Below are positions 8,337 to 18,029 of a stretch of 37,517 nt of DNA, in pieces. The notes beneath the pieces were generated by a model, which saw nothing but the letters and a program-made list of their open reading frames with translations, was not told the DNA's origin and made no database searches. The DNA is from an uncultured Opitutia bacterium. Its GTDB lineage: Bacteria > Verrucomicrobiota > Verrucomicrobiia > Opitutales > JAIRKQ01. Numbering within the stretch: the first letter of the stretch is position 1; the number at the start of each line of letters is the position of its first letter. The stretch covers positions 1 through 37,517 of the forward strand of contig CBCPNC010000011.1 in assembly GCA_965120425.1 (NCBI GenBank). The letters are read 5' to 3'. A program made the position numbers and the translations under genes.

Positions 8337-9698
8337 ATGCCATTATTGTTTGGAACAGACGGAATTAGAGGCACATTTAGGGAATACCCTATTACTGAGA
8401 AATTTTTCCATGAATTCGCAAGTGCGATTGAGCATTTTTTTATACAATTTTTAGGTAAAACATCGCTTAAATTAGCAATTGGACATGATACTCGCAAAAG
8501 TGGAATAATATTAAAAAATTCATTTATTAACGGATTTTCATCAAACGTTTTTGTACTAGATTGTGGAATAATTCCAACACCTGGGATATCTGTAATTACT
8601 CAGTACGAAAAGTGTGACCTTGGAGTTATGATAACTGCCTCCCATAATCCTTATTCGGATAATGGAATAAAAATTTTTAATTCCAATGGAGAAAAACTAT
8701 CAATAGACCTTGAAAGGGACATCGAACAATTTTTTGAAAAATTTTCAAGTAGAACAAAAATTTTCGCCGAAAAAACATCTAAGGTAGTAAATTTTCATAA
8801 ACAAGCATTAAACAATTTCGCTGCACGCTTCAAAGATATATGCTTTCAAATAAATAAACCAATAGTTTTAGATACCGCTAATGGCGCAACAAGTTATACA
8901 AGCCCAATAATATTGGCAAAATTTTGCACCAATTTAATTACAGTATGCAATACTCCCGATGGAAACAATATTAACGATAACTGCGGCAGTGAACATGTAG
9001 ATAATATAAAAACTATCGTAAAGAAAACACAAAGTTACGCTGGTATCGCACACGATGGAGATGGCGATAGGTTGATTATGGTTGATGAAACTGGAGAGTG
9101 TTTAAATGGCGACCAAATAATTGGAATAATTGCAAATTATTTAAAAGAGAAAAATCTTCTTTTAAAAAATACTATTGTAGTCACCCAACAAAGTAACTCT
9201 GGATTAGATGAAAGCTTAAATAAAAATGAAATAAATGTTATTAGGACTGATATCGGTGACAGAAATGTCTATTACAGTATGTTGCAGCATAATTGTATTT
9301 TAGGTGGCGAAGAATCAGGACATATTATATTAAAAAATTTATCTAATACCGGTGATGCAATAGCTGCAGCAATTGTAATACTAAAAATTTCATCAGAGAA
9401 AAATTTACCATTGTCTAAATTGAAAAAACAAATTCATCTTTTCCCTAAACGCTCATTTAACATATATACTGAAAAAAAACTTCCGTTATCAGAATTACCC
9501 TCACTTCAAACTTTATTAAACGATCTCCAAATCCATGAACCAAATTATAAGCGTTCATTAATCCGGTATTCTGGAACAGAAAGTAAACTACGCATACTTA
9601 TTGAGGCTACAAATGAAGTAGTATTAAATGAAATTTCTGAAAAAATATACAATTGTATAAGAAAAGAATTTGAAAAACGTAAAATTTTTATAAAATAA
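8337..9698 (+). CDS. glmM: Phosphoglucosamine mutase
   Basis: The N-terminus is LFGTDGIRG. The phosphoserine loop is TASHNPYSDNGIK, the metal loop is AHDGDGDRLIM, and the sugar loop is GGEESGH. Confidence 0.9.
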   Translation: MPLLFGTDGIRGTFREYPITEKFFHEFASAIEHFFIQFLGKTSLKLAIGHDTRKSGIILKNSFINGFSSNVFVLDCGIIPTPGISVITQYEKCDLGVMITASHNPYSDNGIKIFNSNGEKLSIDLERDIEQFFEKFSSRTKIFAEKTSKVVNFHKQALNNFAARFKDICFQINKPIVLDTANGATSYTSPIILAKFCTNLITVCNTPDGNNINDNCGSEHVDNIKTIVKKTQSYAGIAHDGDGDRLIMVDETGECLNGDQIIGIIANYLKEKNLLLKNTIVVTQQSNSGLDESLNKNEINVIRTDIGDRNVYYSMLQHNCILGGEESGHIILKNLSNTGDAIAAAIVILKISSEKNLPLSKLKKQIHLFPKRSFNIYTEKKLPLSELPSLQTLLNDLQIHEPNYKRSLIRYSGTESKLRILIEATNEVVLNEISEKIYNCIRKEFEKRKIFIK

Positions 9699-9714
9699 GG
9701 GTGGAAAGTTTTTC

Positions 9715-10434
9715 ATGGAAAACAAAGAACACGACGATCCATTGCTAGAAAGGGCCAAGACAGTTTTGTCTGATGGTAATTATAAGTACACAATGTTTCT
9801 TTATCGTGAAATTTTGAAAAAATATCCTGAAAATTTAGAGATTAGAGAACAATTACATAAATTGCGCAAATCAGTATATTTACCACAGCGATCACTTTTC
9901 TCCTTCATCAAAAAATGTCTTGCGTATGTAAAGATACTATATGCTAAAAAACATCGAGTCCCTACGTGGCAACTCATCGACACAATCGAAACTTGGATAG
10001 ATTATGACCCAACAAATTTTTCAGGATACAGATTAATTGCACAGACTGCTAATGCAGCACACATGTATAATCTAACGGAATTTAGCATAAACGAAATTTC
10101 TGAAGAAGAACGCACACACAATGACTATATAATACTCGCTGAAGCATTATTAGGGCAAAAAAAATTCGATAAATCTTTAAAAATTGCCAATATGTTACTC
10201 GAAAAAAATCCAGACGATAATGCAGCTAAAGACATAGTCTGGAAGTCGTCAGTAGACAAACAAATGGATAAAAAACTCGACCTAGTTATGGCAGGTGGAA
10301 TTTCATATGTCACACCACCCAAAGTTGAAGCATCGCAAATAATCGTATCAAATCACAAAAATGAGGGAGATGAGAATAAGGGAAATGGAAGTACCAAACA
10401 AAAACAAGCAAAACACAATAAAGCATTCGAATAA
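9715..10434 (+). CDS. TPR-like repeat protein, function unknown
   Basis: 239-aa ORF with helical-repeat-like segments (YTMFLYREILKKYPENLEIREQL; ILAEALLGQKKFDKSLKIANMLLEKNPDDNAAK) and a basic, polar tail. Confidence 0.5.
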   Translation: MENKEHDDPLLERAKTVLSDGNYKYTMFLYREILKKYPENLEIREQLHKLRKSVYLPQRSLFSFIKKCLAYVKILYAKKHRVPTWQLIDTIETWIDYDPTNFSGYRLIAQTANAAHMYNLTEFSINEISEEERTHNDYIILAEALLGQKKFDKSLKIANMLLEKNPDDNAAKDIVWKSSVDKQMDKKLDLVMAGGISYVTPPKVEASQIIVSNHKNEGDENKGNGSTKQKQAKHNKAFE

Positions 10435-11368
10435 AAAAATTGTCGTAGGATTATGCACCTTTCATAGAAATGATTTGTTAGATGGTGCAATTGAGAGTTT
10501 ATCGCGTAACGACCTACCTAATGACGCTACTGTAGAATTTGTACTTGTAGATAATGACGCAAATGGAGGAGCTAAAGAAATTTTTGATTACTGGCACGAT
10601 GCTTTACCATTTAAGAGTCACTACTTTATTGAACCTCAACAAGGTATAGTATATGCTCGAAATCGTGTTTTGGAAGAAGCATTAAAGTTAGGAGCTACTG
10701 AAATCGCCTTTTTTGATGATGATGAAATTGTATCGCAACAGTGGTTATGCTCATTATGGAATTACTATAAAAACGCCTTTGTTATATGTGTAGGTGGTCC
10801 AATGTACCGCTTGTTACCGAGGGATGCTAATAAAACATTAATTAAAATATGGGCCACTGATACTTGTCATAGAACTGGAGATCCGTACATATTTTCTACA
10901 AACAATTGCCTATTTTCAAGTGAACTGGTACGGCCAGATAAAATGAATTTACGTTTTGATGAATTCTTTAATCACTTAGGTGGAGAAGATTCAAAATTTG
11001 CACTAGATACTATTTATCAAAAATATCTTGGAGTTGCATTTGTAAAAGAAGCAGTTTCTGTAGAAAGATTTACAGAGCAACGTGCCACTTTTAAATACCT
11101 CCTAAAAAGATACTTTGGAAGTGGCAGTTTGGTACCTATTATTTTCTACCGCTCCCATATTCAACAACCTCCTTTTTTTCTCATTAAAAGTATATTAAAA
11201 TTTATTAGATACGGCACATTCATTCCATTCGCTATCTTATTTGGGAAATGTCGCTTTTGGATGACTATTGCCAAGACAGTACAATCCGCTGGATTGATAA
11301 TGGGGTTCTTTCACAAAGGGTATAAGCATTATACCCTAAAAAACTTAAAATCAGAACTAAAGTTTTAA
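10361..11368 (+). CDS. Family 2 glycosyltransferase with a hydrophobic C-terminal region (start uncertain: 10361, 10370 or 10385)
   Basis: The GT2 N-terminal fold signature is IVVGLCTFHRNDLL...VEFVLVDNDANGG...GIVYARNRVLEEA...IAFFDDDEIV (DxD). The C-terminus has hydrophobic segments. Every possible ATG start overlaps the upstream TPR gene by 50-74 nt. ATG 10385 is preceded by AAGGGA. Confidence 0.75.
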   Translation: MREMRIREMEVPNKNKQNTIKHSNKKIVVGLCTFHRNDLLDGAIESLSRNDLPNDATVEFVLVDNDANGGAKEIFDYWHDALPFKSHYFIEPQQGIVYARNRVLEEALKLGATEIAFFDDDEIVSQQWLCSLWNYYKNAFVICVGGPMYRLLPRDANKTLIKIWATDTCHRTGDPYIFSTNNCLFSSELVRPDKMNLRFDEFFNHLGGEDSKFALDTIYQKYLGVAFVKEAVSVERFTEQRATFKYLLKRYFGSGSLVPIIFYRSHIQQPPFFLIKSILKFIRYGTFIPFAILFGKCRFWMTIAKTVQSAGLIMGFFHKGYKHYTLKNLKSELKF

Positions 11369-11389
11369 TAAAAGCCAATATAAACTAGT

Positions 11390-12166
11390 TTATAAAATAC
11401 TGTATTTATCTGCATATTCTCGACGTGTCATCACTACATCTGGGGTCAGAGTATACATATAACCTATACCATGTAATGTTTTAACATTATCCATACTATA
11501 GCCATTTTTTTTAAAAAGCTGACGTAACTTTACAATATATTGATCCATTGAACGACTACGAATATTAGCACTTTCTCCCCAAACACTATGAATGATATTC
11601 TTTCTGCTTAAAATTATATCTTTATTTGCAGCAAAATGTTTTAAAATTCCAATTTCTTTTTTCCCTATACGAGCAATATTTCCATTGGGGAAACGTATTT
11701 GCATCAATGACGGCCAAATTGTAGCATCACAGAAAGCAAAATTACGATCATTGAGTGTAGCATTTTCAGTGATCAAGAAATCACTTGCCTTTGACGTTCT
11801 ACGTAAAATTGTTCTTATTCGAGCAATTAATTCAGTAAAACTAAACGGCTTCGTTACATAATCATCAGCACCACTATCAAATCCTTTTAATTTATAAAAC
11901 TCATCCGAAAACCCCGTTAAAAAGATTACAGGAATCGATATCCCCAAACCATGCAGCTGACTCATTACATTAAAACCATCAATATCTGGTAAATTAATAT
12001 CCAATAAGATAATTGACGCATAATCATGCTTTAAAAACTTTATAACGTCCGAACCATTATGAAACGTTCGAACATTCATTCCAGATAAATTAATTTGTTT
12101 CTCAAGCACCTCAGTTAACTGAACGTCATCCTCGGCGAGTAAAATTAAGGGTTTAATATTTGGCAT
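11390..12166 (-). CDS. OmpR/PhoB-type response regulator (receiver plus winged-helix), no partner kinase in the window
   Basis: The receiver residues are intact: LLAEDD, ILLDINLPDIDGF, IFLTG, YVTKPF. The C-terminal winged-helix region is RKNIIHSVWGES...SMDQYIVKLRQLF...TLHGIGYMY. Confidence 0.85.
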   Translation of the reverse strand: MPNIKPLILLAEDDVQLTEVLEKQINLSGMNVRTFHNGSDVIKFLKHDYASIILLDINLPDIDGFNVMSQLHGLGISIPVIFLTGFSDEFYKLKGFDSGADDYVTKPFSFTELIARIRTILRRTSKASDFLITENATLNDRNFAFCDATIWPSLMQIRFPNGNIARIGKKEIGILKHFAANKDIILSRKNIIHSVWGESANIRSRSMDQYIVKLRQLFKKNGYSMDNVKTLHGIGYMYTLTPDVVMTRREYADKYSIL

Positions 12167-12291
12167 AAAAAGATCAGTTTCTTTTTGAAAGAAAAAGACA
12201 TTTTACCAAAGTCAAATGTAAATTTAAAAATTTTGATAAATTCTTATCTTTTCTTAAAATTTTAACATTTTTTTATCAAAAGAGACAATAA

Positions 12292-12849
12292 TTACATGTA
12301 ATTAAGAATTTTGCGCTGTAAAAATCGTGAAAATTCAACCAAAGAAGAAAACTCTAAACAATGTTTGCTTTTTATGAGATCATCAACATCAGCAGTTTTT
12401 CTATGACCTGTATTTACAAAAACTGGTGTTATATTCGCATTTATTGCAGCTAAAATGTCACAATATTTATCACCTACCATAAAACATTTTTTCTTATCTA
12501 AAAAATACTTTTTTATCATCTCTTCTATAAACCTCGGTGAAGGTTTCCGATAAGTTATCGGCTCATCAATTCCATCAACTGCAAGACATTTTTCACAAAA
12601 AAAATCCCCAAGTCCAACCTCGGCTAACATTTGTTTATTACAGGCATGAACATCATGTAAAGTATATAACCCACGAGCAACCCCACTTTGATTGCTAAAC
12701 AAAAATAATTTACACTTAAAAGTAAGAAAAGTTTGTATCGCTTCGACTGTTCCAGGAATTAGTTCTACGTCCTGTGGATACTTAAGATAGTGTTTATCTA
12801 CGATCAAAGTACCATCACGATCTAGAAAAATACTCAGCATTTTGTTCAA
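12292..12849 (-). CDS. gmhB: D-glycero-D-manno-heptose 1,7-bisphosphate phosphatase (HAD family)
   Basis: HAD motif I is FLDRDGTLIVD. Also present are FSNQSGVARG, YRKPSP and MVGDKYCDI. It overlaps the upstream kinase gene by 35 nt. Confidence 0.8.
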   Translation of the reverse strand: MNKMLSIFLDRDGTLIVDKHYLKYPQDVELIPGTVEAIQTFLTFKCKLFLFSNQSGVARGLYTLHDVHACNKQMLAEVGLGDFFCEKCLAVDGIDEPITYRKPSPRFIEEMIKKYFLDKKKCFMVGDKYCDILAAINANITPVFVNTGHRKTADVDDLIKSKHCLEFSSLVEFSRFLQRKILNYM

Positions 12850-13807
12850 ATCTTATAATTTCATCTGGGAATGCTACTCCAGTACCACTTTTCCCAACAA
12901 CTACTCCGGCTGCTAAATTGGCAAAATGCATAGCATCATACACCGGAATACCACTACTCATAGCCAACACCAATGCGGCAATCACAGTGTCACCTGCACC
13001 AGACACGTCAAAAACTTCACGAGAATATGTCGGCATCGTCTTTTTAATGTCCCCATTTATACTCAACAACATTCCTTCAGCCCCAAGTGTAACAATTAAA
13101 TGTTTCGGACTATATTTTGCGTTAATTACTTCACATATACTTTCCAAACCATCTTCTGGGCTACTAAAGACTTTTCCAGCTAATTCATAAGCTTCTAATT
13201 TATTAGGTGTCATTAAATCGACATTTTTATATTTTAGATTATTACTTGGCTTAGGATCAATCGCAATGAATTTATTATACTTTTTAGCTAATTGTATAAA
13301 AATTTCTACATTATGGTTATCGAAAACTCCTTTATTATAGTCTGATAATATTACAGCATCACACTGCTTAATTCGCGATTCAATGTAATTAATATCCGAA
13401 TCATCATCAATATTGTAAATTGATTTATTTCCTTCGTAATCAATACGACACAACTGTTGCCCCCTAACCACAACGCGTGTCTTTACAATTGTATTAACAT
13501 GATTCTTAATGAATCGCGAATTAAAAGATAATGTACTATTAGATAGTATCTTAGAAATTTGTTCCCCAGCACGATCGGAACCAATAGACCCACACAGCTC
13601 AACATCACCACCTAAACTGAGAATATTTAATGCGACATTTGCAGCTGCTCCTAATACATAATTTTCTTTTTCTACAACCACTACTGGAACTGGTGCTTCC
13701 GGAGATATCCTATTAGCATCACCTATAAGATAATGGTCAAGCATAATATCTCCTATGACTAGGATCTTACACTCCTTAATTTTGGACAGTATCGTGTCTA
13801 TCGACAT
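12815..13807 (-). CDS. hldA: D-glycero-beta-D-manno-heptose-7-phosphate kinase (HldE domain I only; PfkB family)
   Basis: The N-terminus ILVIGDIMLDHYLIGDANRISPEAPVPVV is characteristic of RfaE/HldE domain I. The PfkB C-terminal motif is DVSGAGDTVIAAL. At 330 aa there is no fused adenylyltransferase domain. Confidence 0.85.
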   Translation of the reverse strand: MSIDTILSKIKECKILVIGDIMLDHYLIGDANRISPEAPVPVVVVEKENYVLGAAANVALNILSLGGDVELCGSIGSDRAGEQISKILSNSTLSFNSRFIKNHVNTIVKTRVVVRGQQLCRIDYEGNKSIYNIDDDSDINYIESRIKQCDAVILSDYNKGVFDNHNVEIFIQLAKKYNKFIAIDPKPSNNLKYKNVDLMTPNKLEAYELAGKVFSSPEDGLESICEVINAKYSPKHLIVTLGAEGMLLSINGDIKKTMPTYSREVFDVSGAGDTVIAALVLAMSSGIPVYDAMHFANLAAGVVVGKSGTGVAFPDEIIRFEQNAEYFSRS

Positions 13808-13880
13808 ATTATAACATCACACATACAATGTGTTACAAAAAAATTGATAATAGCAAATAAAAAATATACTTAACATTACT

Positions 13881-14876
13881 GTGCGCATCCAACTGTTAAT
13901 TTATAGTATCACTATATTGATTATACATTGTTTACTTGTAGCTTCTGGAGAAATACTGGACTACACAATATCAGAGTTTAATCAAAATAACTACGATATC
14001 GCTGTCGAGTCTCTTATTAAAAACTTTGAAAAAAGTAATAATATGTCCATTGCACCAGGTCATAAAGGAACAATTGCATTGCGTATTTATACTTATAGTG
14101 GTCCTGGATTATGTACTCCTCCAGAACTAATATTAGCGCTAAGTAAGTCATTAACAAATCGTGGGTTCAAAACAGAAAATATTTTCATCATAGGAGATTC
14201 AAAATATAATTTACTCAAATGTGGATATATAAGTTCACGCATTAATAGCGACAATGCTACGTTTCATAATATGCCGGTATTCTGGATAGATGATGAACAA
14301 TTTTACAGTGACCAGTGGGCATACAAAAGTTCCTTAACCTCAACAGGTGAAACTATAATCAATCAAAATATATTATCTGGCATTAACAGTACCGTGAAAC
14401 AATTTACAAAAAGTTATTTACCAACAATGTTAATGTTTGGTGTGGATTATTGGATAAACATTCCCACCTACTGTGGACATTCTCAACACGGAGTAGTCGG
14501 TAGCATAATTCAAGGAGCAATATTTAACATAAGCAACCATAAACGATTTTTAGATAACCCAATAAATTGTGCCAAAATCGCACCACAAATATATGCAATC
14601 CCTGAATTAAGTGAACATTGCTTATTTTCTATTACGTCCCTTGAACGTTTTCAATATGTTGATACTCTATCATATAATGAAAATTATATACAATCTTTAC
14701 CTCATATATTACTAAGTAATGATCCAATAGCACTAGACAGTTTATGTACTAAAATAGTAAATTATATAAAAAAGAAACATAATATCAATAATTTACAACA
14801 TTGTCCAAATATCTTAAAATATGGCGAACGATTAAATCTCGGAACAACACAATACAAAATGTTACAGATAAAATAA
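13881..14876 (+). CDS. Signal-peptide protein of unknown function (possibly DUF362-like)
   Basis: GTG start. The signal-like N-terminus is MRIQLLIYSITILIIHCLLVASG. GHKGTIALRIYTYSGPGLCTPPELILALSKSLTNRGF...IFIIGDS loosely resembles DUF362, but this is only a weak family call. Confidence 0.45.
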   Translation: MRIQLLIYSITILIIHCLLVASGEILDYTISEFNQNNYDIAVESLIKNFEKSNNMSIAPGHKGTIALRIYTYSGPGLCTPPELILALSKSLTNRGFKTENIFIIGDSKYNLLKCGYISSRINSDNATFHNMPVFWIDDEQFYSDQWAYKSSLTSTGETIINQNILSGINSTVKQFTKSYLPTMLMFGVDYWINIPTYCGHSQHGVVGSIIQGAIFNISNHKRFLDNPINCAKIAPQIYAIPELSEHCLFSITSLERFQYVDTLSYNENYIQSLPHILLSNDPIALDSLCTKIVNYIKKKHNINNLQHCPNILKYGERLNLGTTQYKMLQIK

Positions 14877-14884
14877 CAAATTAA

Positions 14885-14910
14885 ATGGCAGTAGAACTTA
14901 CTACTGCCAT
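14885..14910 (+). terminator. Hairpin downstream of 13881-14876
   Basis: A perfect 10-bp stem (ATGGCAGTAG / CTACTGCCAT) with a 6-nt loop lies 9 nt after the stop codon. It is followed by AAAAATTTT, so the T-run is not immediately adjacent to the stem. Confidence 0.5.
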
Positions 14911-15111
14911 AAAAATTTTCCTGAATTATTACTAACTAAATTGGTCCCGACTACTTATAAGATGAATTATGGCAAGATATGTTCAAAAAAATGCACACAA
15001 ATTTTTGAGAATGTAAGTTTTTTAAGTGCGCATTTACAATAACTACCCCATGGTAGTTGAAAAAAATGTTGCTTCTATCAATAAAATTTTTACAGTATAT
15101 TTTCATAAGTT

Positions 15112-15759
15112 ATGCTTAAAATCCTAAAAAAGTCGTTTTTAACGGGATTGATACTCCTACTTCCAATAGGGATAACTGGATTAATAGTTAATTTCATGCT
15201 AGACTACATAGGGGAACCTACTAGTAGAATTTTATTCTATTGGTTAGATATAAACATACGTAACAAACTAATAACAAGCATATTAATCAATTTAATTTCT
15301 ACTCTATTTGTTTTAACACTGATTACTCTGATTGGACTGTTATCACGTTACTTCTTTGGAAAATGGTTATTTAAAATGACAGAACGTGTAATTAACCGCG
15401 TCCCTCTCGTTAGAAGTATTTATAAAAGTTCTAAACAAATAATCACGACTTTTGGCGAAAGCAATATATCTGCTTTCTCGAAAACAGTGCTTGTTCCATA
15501 TCCACACCCAGGATCGTATGCTATTGGATTTCTTACAAGTGATACAGTAGGAGAAATTCAGGAAAAAACAGGGAAGCATGTGGTAAATATTTTTATTCCC
15601 ACTACTCCCAATCCTACAAGTGGTTTTTTATTAATGATCCCCAAAGAAGATGTCATTGAACTAGAAATGAGTGTTGGGGATGGTGTTAAAATGATAATTT
15701 CTGGAGGGATTGTTGTTCCTCCATATGATGCAAATAAAAATAAAATAATAGGAGGTTAA
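15112..15759 (+). CDS. DUF502 family membrane protein
   Basis: Two N-terminal transmembrane segments (FLTGLILLLPIGITGLIVNFML; LISTLFVLTLITLIGLL) are followed by RVPLVRSIYKSSKQI and PTTPNPTSGFLLMIP, which is the DUF502 layout. Confidence 0.7.
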   Translation: MLKILKKSFLTGLILLLPIGITGLIVNFMLDYIGEPTSRILFYWLDINIRNKLITSILINLISTLFVLTLITLIGLLSRYFFGKWLFKMTERVINRVPLVRSIYKSSKQIITTFGESNISAFSKTVLVPYPHPGSYAIGFLTSDTVGEIQEKTGKHVVNIFIPTTPNPTSGFLLMIPKEDVIELEMSVGDGVKMIISGGIVVPPYDANKNKIIGG

Positions 15760-15760
15760 C

Positions 15761-16039
15761 ATGGAAGACATGGAAAAATTACTAGAAAATATGACAAAAA
15801 TGAAAGATGGCATGGAAGCTGTGCAGCAAGAATTGGCATCTTATGTTGAACACTATTCTGAAAATGGTGTAACATTGGATGTACATGGTGATGGTGTAAT
15901 TACAGGGTTAACATTTGCTGATGGCACAAGCGCAAATACTATTCAAACAGCAATAAACAATGCAAACGCTAAAATAAAGGATTATATCACTAAAAAGATG
16001 AATGATATAACACCTGCTGAATTGCGCGAGCAAAAGTAA
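15761..16039 (+). CDS. ybaB: Nucleoid-associated protein YbaB/EbfC family
   Basis: 92-aa ORF with a strong SD (AGGAGG) upstream. The sequence MTKMKDGMEAVQQELAS...ENGVTLDVHGDGVITGLTF fits the YbaB pattern. Its position directly upstream of holA is typical of a replication-gene neighbourhood. Confidence 0.7.
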   Translation: MEDMEKLLENMTKMKDGMEAVQQELASYVEHYSENGVTLDVHGDGVITGLTFADGTSANTIQTAINNANAKIKDYITKKMNDITPAELREQK

Positions 16040-16043
16040 TTAA

Positions 16044-17099
16044 ATGTCATCAAGTAATATATTGTTTATATATGGCAGCGACGATTTTTTAGTAGATCGT
16101 CGCGCGCGCGCTTTATATAGGAAACTATGCCCAGATGCTACAATTTTACAATATGACAATAAATTAGACATAACAACTTACATAAAAAGTATTTATGAAA
16201 ATTTAAATACTATATCATTATTTACAAATAATAACAATATATGGATTCGTGGAATAACATTTCTAGGGGAAAATATTTCTGAATCTTATCAAGCATCTAT
16301 AAAATTTTTAATAGAAATTCTGCAAGTTACAGCTAAAGATAACATCATTATAATATCCGCTAGTCCTGTAGACAAACGTAAAAAAATATTTAAAGAAATT
16401 GCACAATTATCTGAATGTCAAGAAGTTGGCAGTATTAACGAAAATAATATAAATGATCATATCGCGACCTTATGCCACGAAAATAATGTATCAATTTCTC
16501 CACAAGCTGTAGAATTGTTGTATAATTTAATTGGTGATGATGCACGATTATTAAAACTAGAAATTGATAAACTTGCTACTTATATCTTTGATGATCACAA
16601 TGTTATAACACGTGAAGATGTGACTACTCTTGTAGAACCGGCATGCGCTGGCGAATTCTTTCCGCAAATAGAACAGTTTTTTAGTCAAGATATTAACAAA
16701 ACTTTTGATATGCTTGAACGATACATTTTCTTTAATCATGAAACTCGTCCATTATTAATAGGGTTGCAAAATCGCATACGCCTGATGATACAGCTACGTG
16801 TATTAATTGATTCGCAAAGTTTGTCATCACAAAATTCTATAACAGCTGCAAAATTAAGTAGCATTGCTCAAAGATTTTTCTGCAATACCACACCTAAAAC
16901 ATCATATAATATTTTTTCGCAAAATCCTTGGTATATAACTAATCTATTATCAATAACAAATCAATATTCTCTAGAACATCTATTAAAACTACAAATGTCA
17001 ATCATGCACGCAATTTCAGAAACATCTCAACGGTATAATGAACAATTAACAATTATTAAGCAATTAGCTTATAAATTTCAATTGCCACAATCATCTTGA
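16044..17099 (+). CDS. holA: DNA polymerase III delta subunit
   Basis: 351 aa. The N-terminus is ILFIYGSDDFLVDRRARAL and the central helical domain contains LLKLEIDKLATY. Size and layout match HolA. Confidence 0.7.
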   Translation: MSSSNILFIYGSDDFLVDRRARALYRKLCPDATILQYDNKLDITTYIKSIYENLNTISLFTNNNNIWIRGITFLGENISESYQASIKFLIEILQVTAKDNIIIISASPVDKRKKIFKEIAQLSECQEVGSINENNINDHIATLCHENNVSISPQAVELLYNLIGDDARLLKLEIDKLATYIFDDHNVITREDVTTLVEPACAGEFFPQIEQFFSQDINKTFDMLERYIFFNHETRPLLIGLQNRIRLMIQLRVLIDSQSLSSQNSITAAKLSSIAQRFFCNTTPKTSYNIFSQNPWYITNLLSITNQYSLEHLLKLQMSIMHAISETSQRYNEQLTIIKQLAYKFQLPQSS

Positions 17100-17180
17100 A
17101 ATTAAGCTAGTGATCATTAATTTTTTTTAAATAAAAAAATACATAGATCTCGTTTGAGACCAACAAATTACAACCAAAGT

Positions 17181-18029
17181 CTAGGTATTATTTTTTTTAA
17201 AAAAGAAATATACAAGACATATAAACAGCGTCATTACTGTACACGTCACGATTTTATATAATTCAATCGTTTCATGAAAAAACAATACAGAAACCAATAT
17301 AGATAATGGGATTTGTAGATTATTCATAACAGCGACAACTGGCGTTTTAACAAGCATTATGCCAGTATCCCACAAATAGTGGCATATTCCACAACAAGTA
17401 GCCCCAAAAAAAACCGCCCATCCAAATGCACTCCATGTCAACGCGGAATATTCACGTTTAACAACTAGTGCTAATATTCCACATACACATAATCCACCAA
17501 GGTACAAAACACTCATACTTTGCTTAATAGCAATATTAGGATGATTTTGAAAAAATTTCTTCACTAATACTTGCCCATAAGCGAATGATAAATTTGAACA
17601 TTGTAACAATAATACTCCATATTTATTAAATGAATATTGTCCGTTATTTACGATTAAAAAGGATAGTAATATACAGATAGTTGCTAAAAAACACGGTATC
17701 GCTAACTTCGTTTTATTTAAAATACCATCTATAAATGTAATATATATGGGAGTAGTGATGAGTAATAATGCTACTTCATATGCTCCCAAAAACAAAAAGG
17801 ACATCTGAAAAAAAGCATACATTAGCCCAAATTCTAGTGCACCAAGTAACATTAACTTAATAAACAACGATAACGATAATCCACGCCTAGTAAAAGTAGG
17901 GGAAAACAAAATAACAGATATCGCACAAAAAATACATGATACAACAAATGGGTTTGTCCCAGTTAATGCATGCTTATTTAGCGAATAAGAAAATGACCAA
18001 ATTAAAGAAGCTAATAGCAACTGCCACAT
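17181..18029 (-). CDS. EamA/DMT-family transporter
   Basis: 282 aa with about 10 hydrophobic segments in two EamA-like halves. It abuts the topB stop codon with no spacer. Confidence 0.7.
   Translation of the reverse strand: MWQLLLASLIWSFSYSLNKHALTGTNPFVVSCIFCAISVILFSPTFTRRGLSLSLFIKLMLLGALEFGLMYAFFQMSFLFLGAYEVALLLITTPIYITFIDGILNKTKLAIPCFLATICILLSFLIVNNGQYSFNKYGVLLLQCSNLSFAYGQVLVKKFFQNHPNIAIKQSMSVLYLGGLCVCGILALVVKREYSALTWSAFGWAVFFGATCCGICHYLWDTGIMLVKTPVVAVMNNLQIPLSILVSVLFFHETIELYKIVTCTVMTLFICLVYFFFKKNNT

Noticed and set aside
15041-15058. Hairpin AACTACC-CCAT-GGTAGTT upstream of the DUF502 gene
   Set aside because: The stem is only 7 bp and has no adjacent T-run on either strand, and I recognise no riboswitch context. 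It is too weak to call a terminator or regulatory element.
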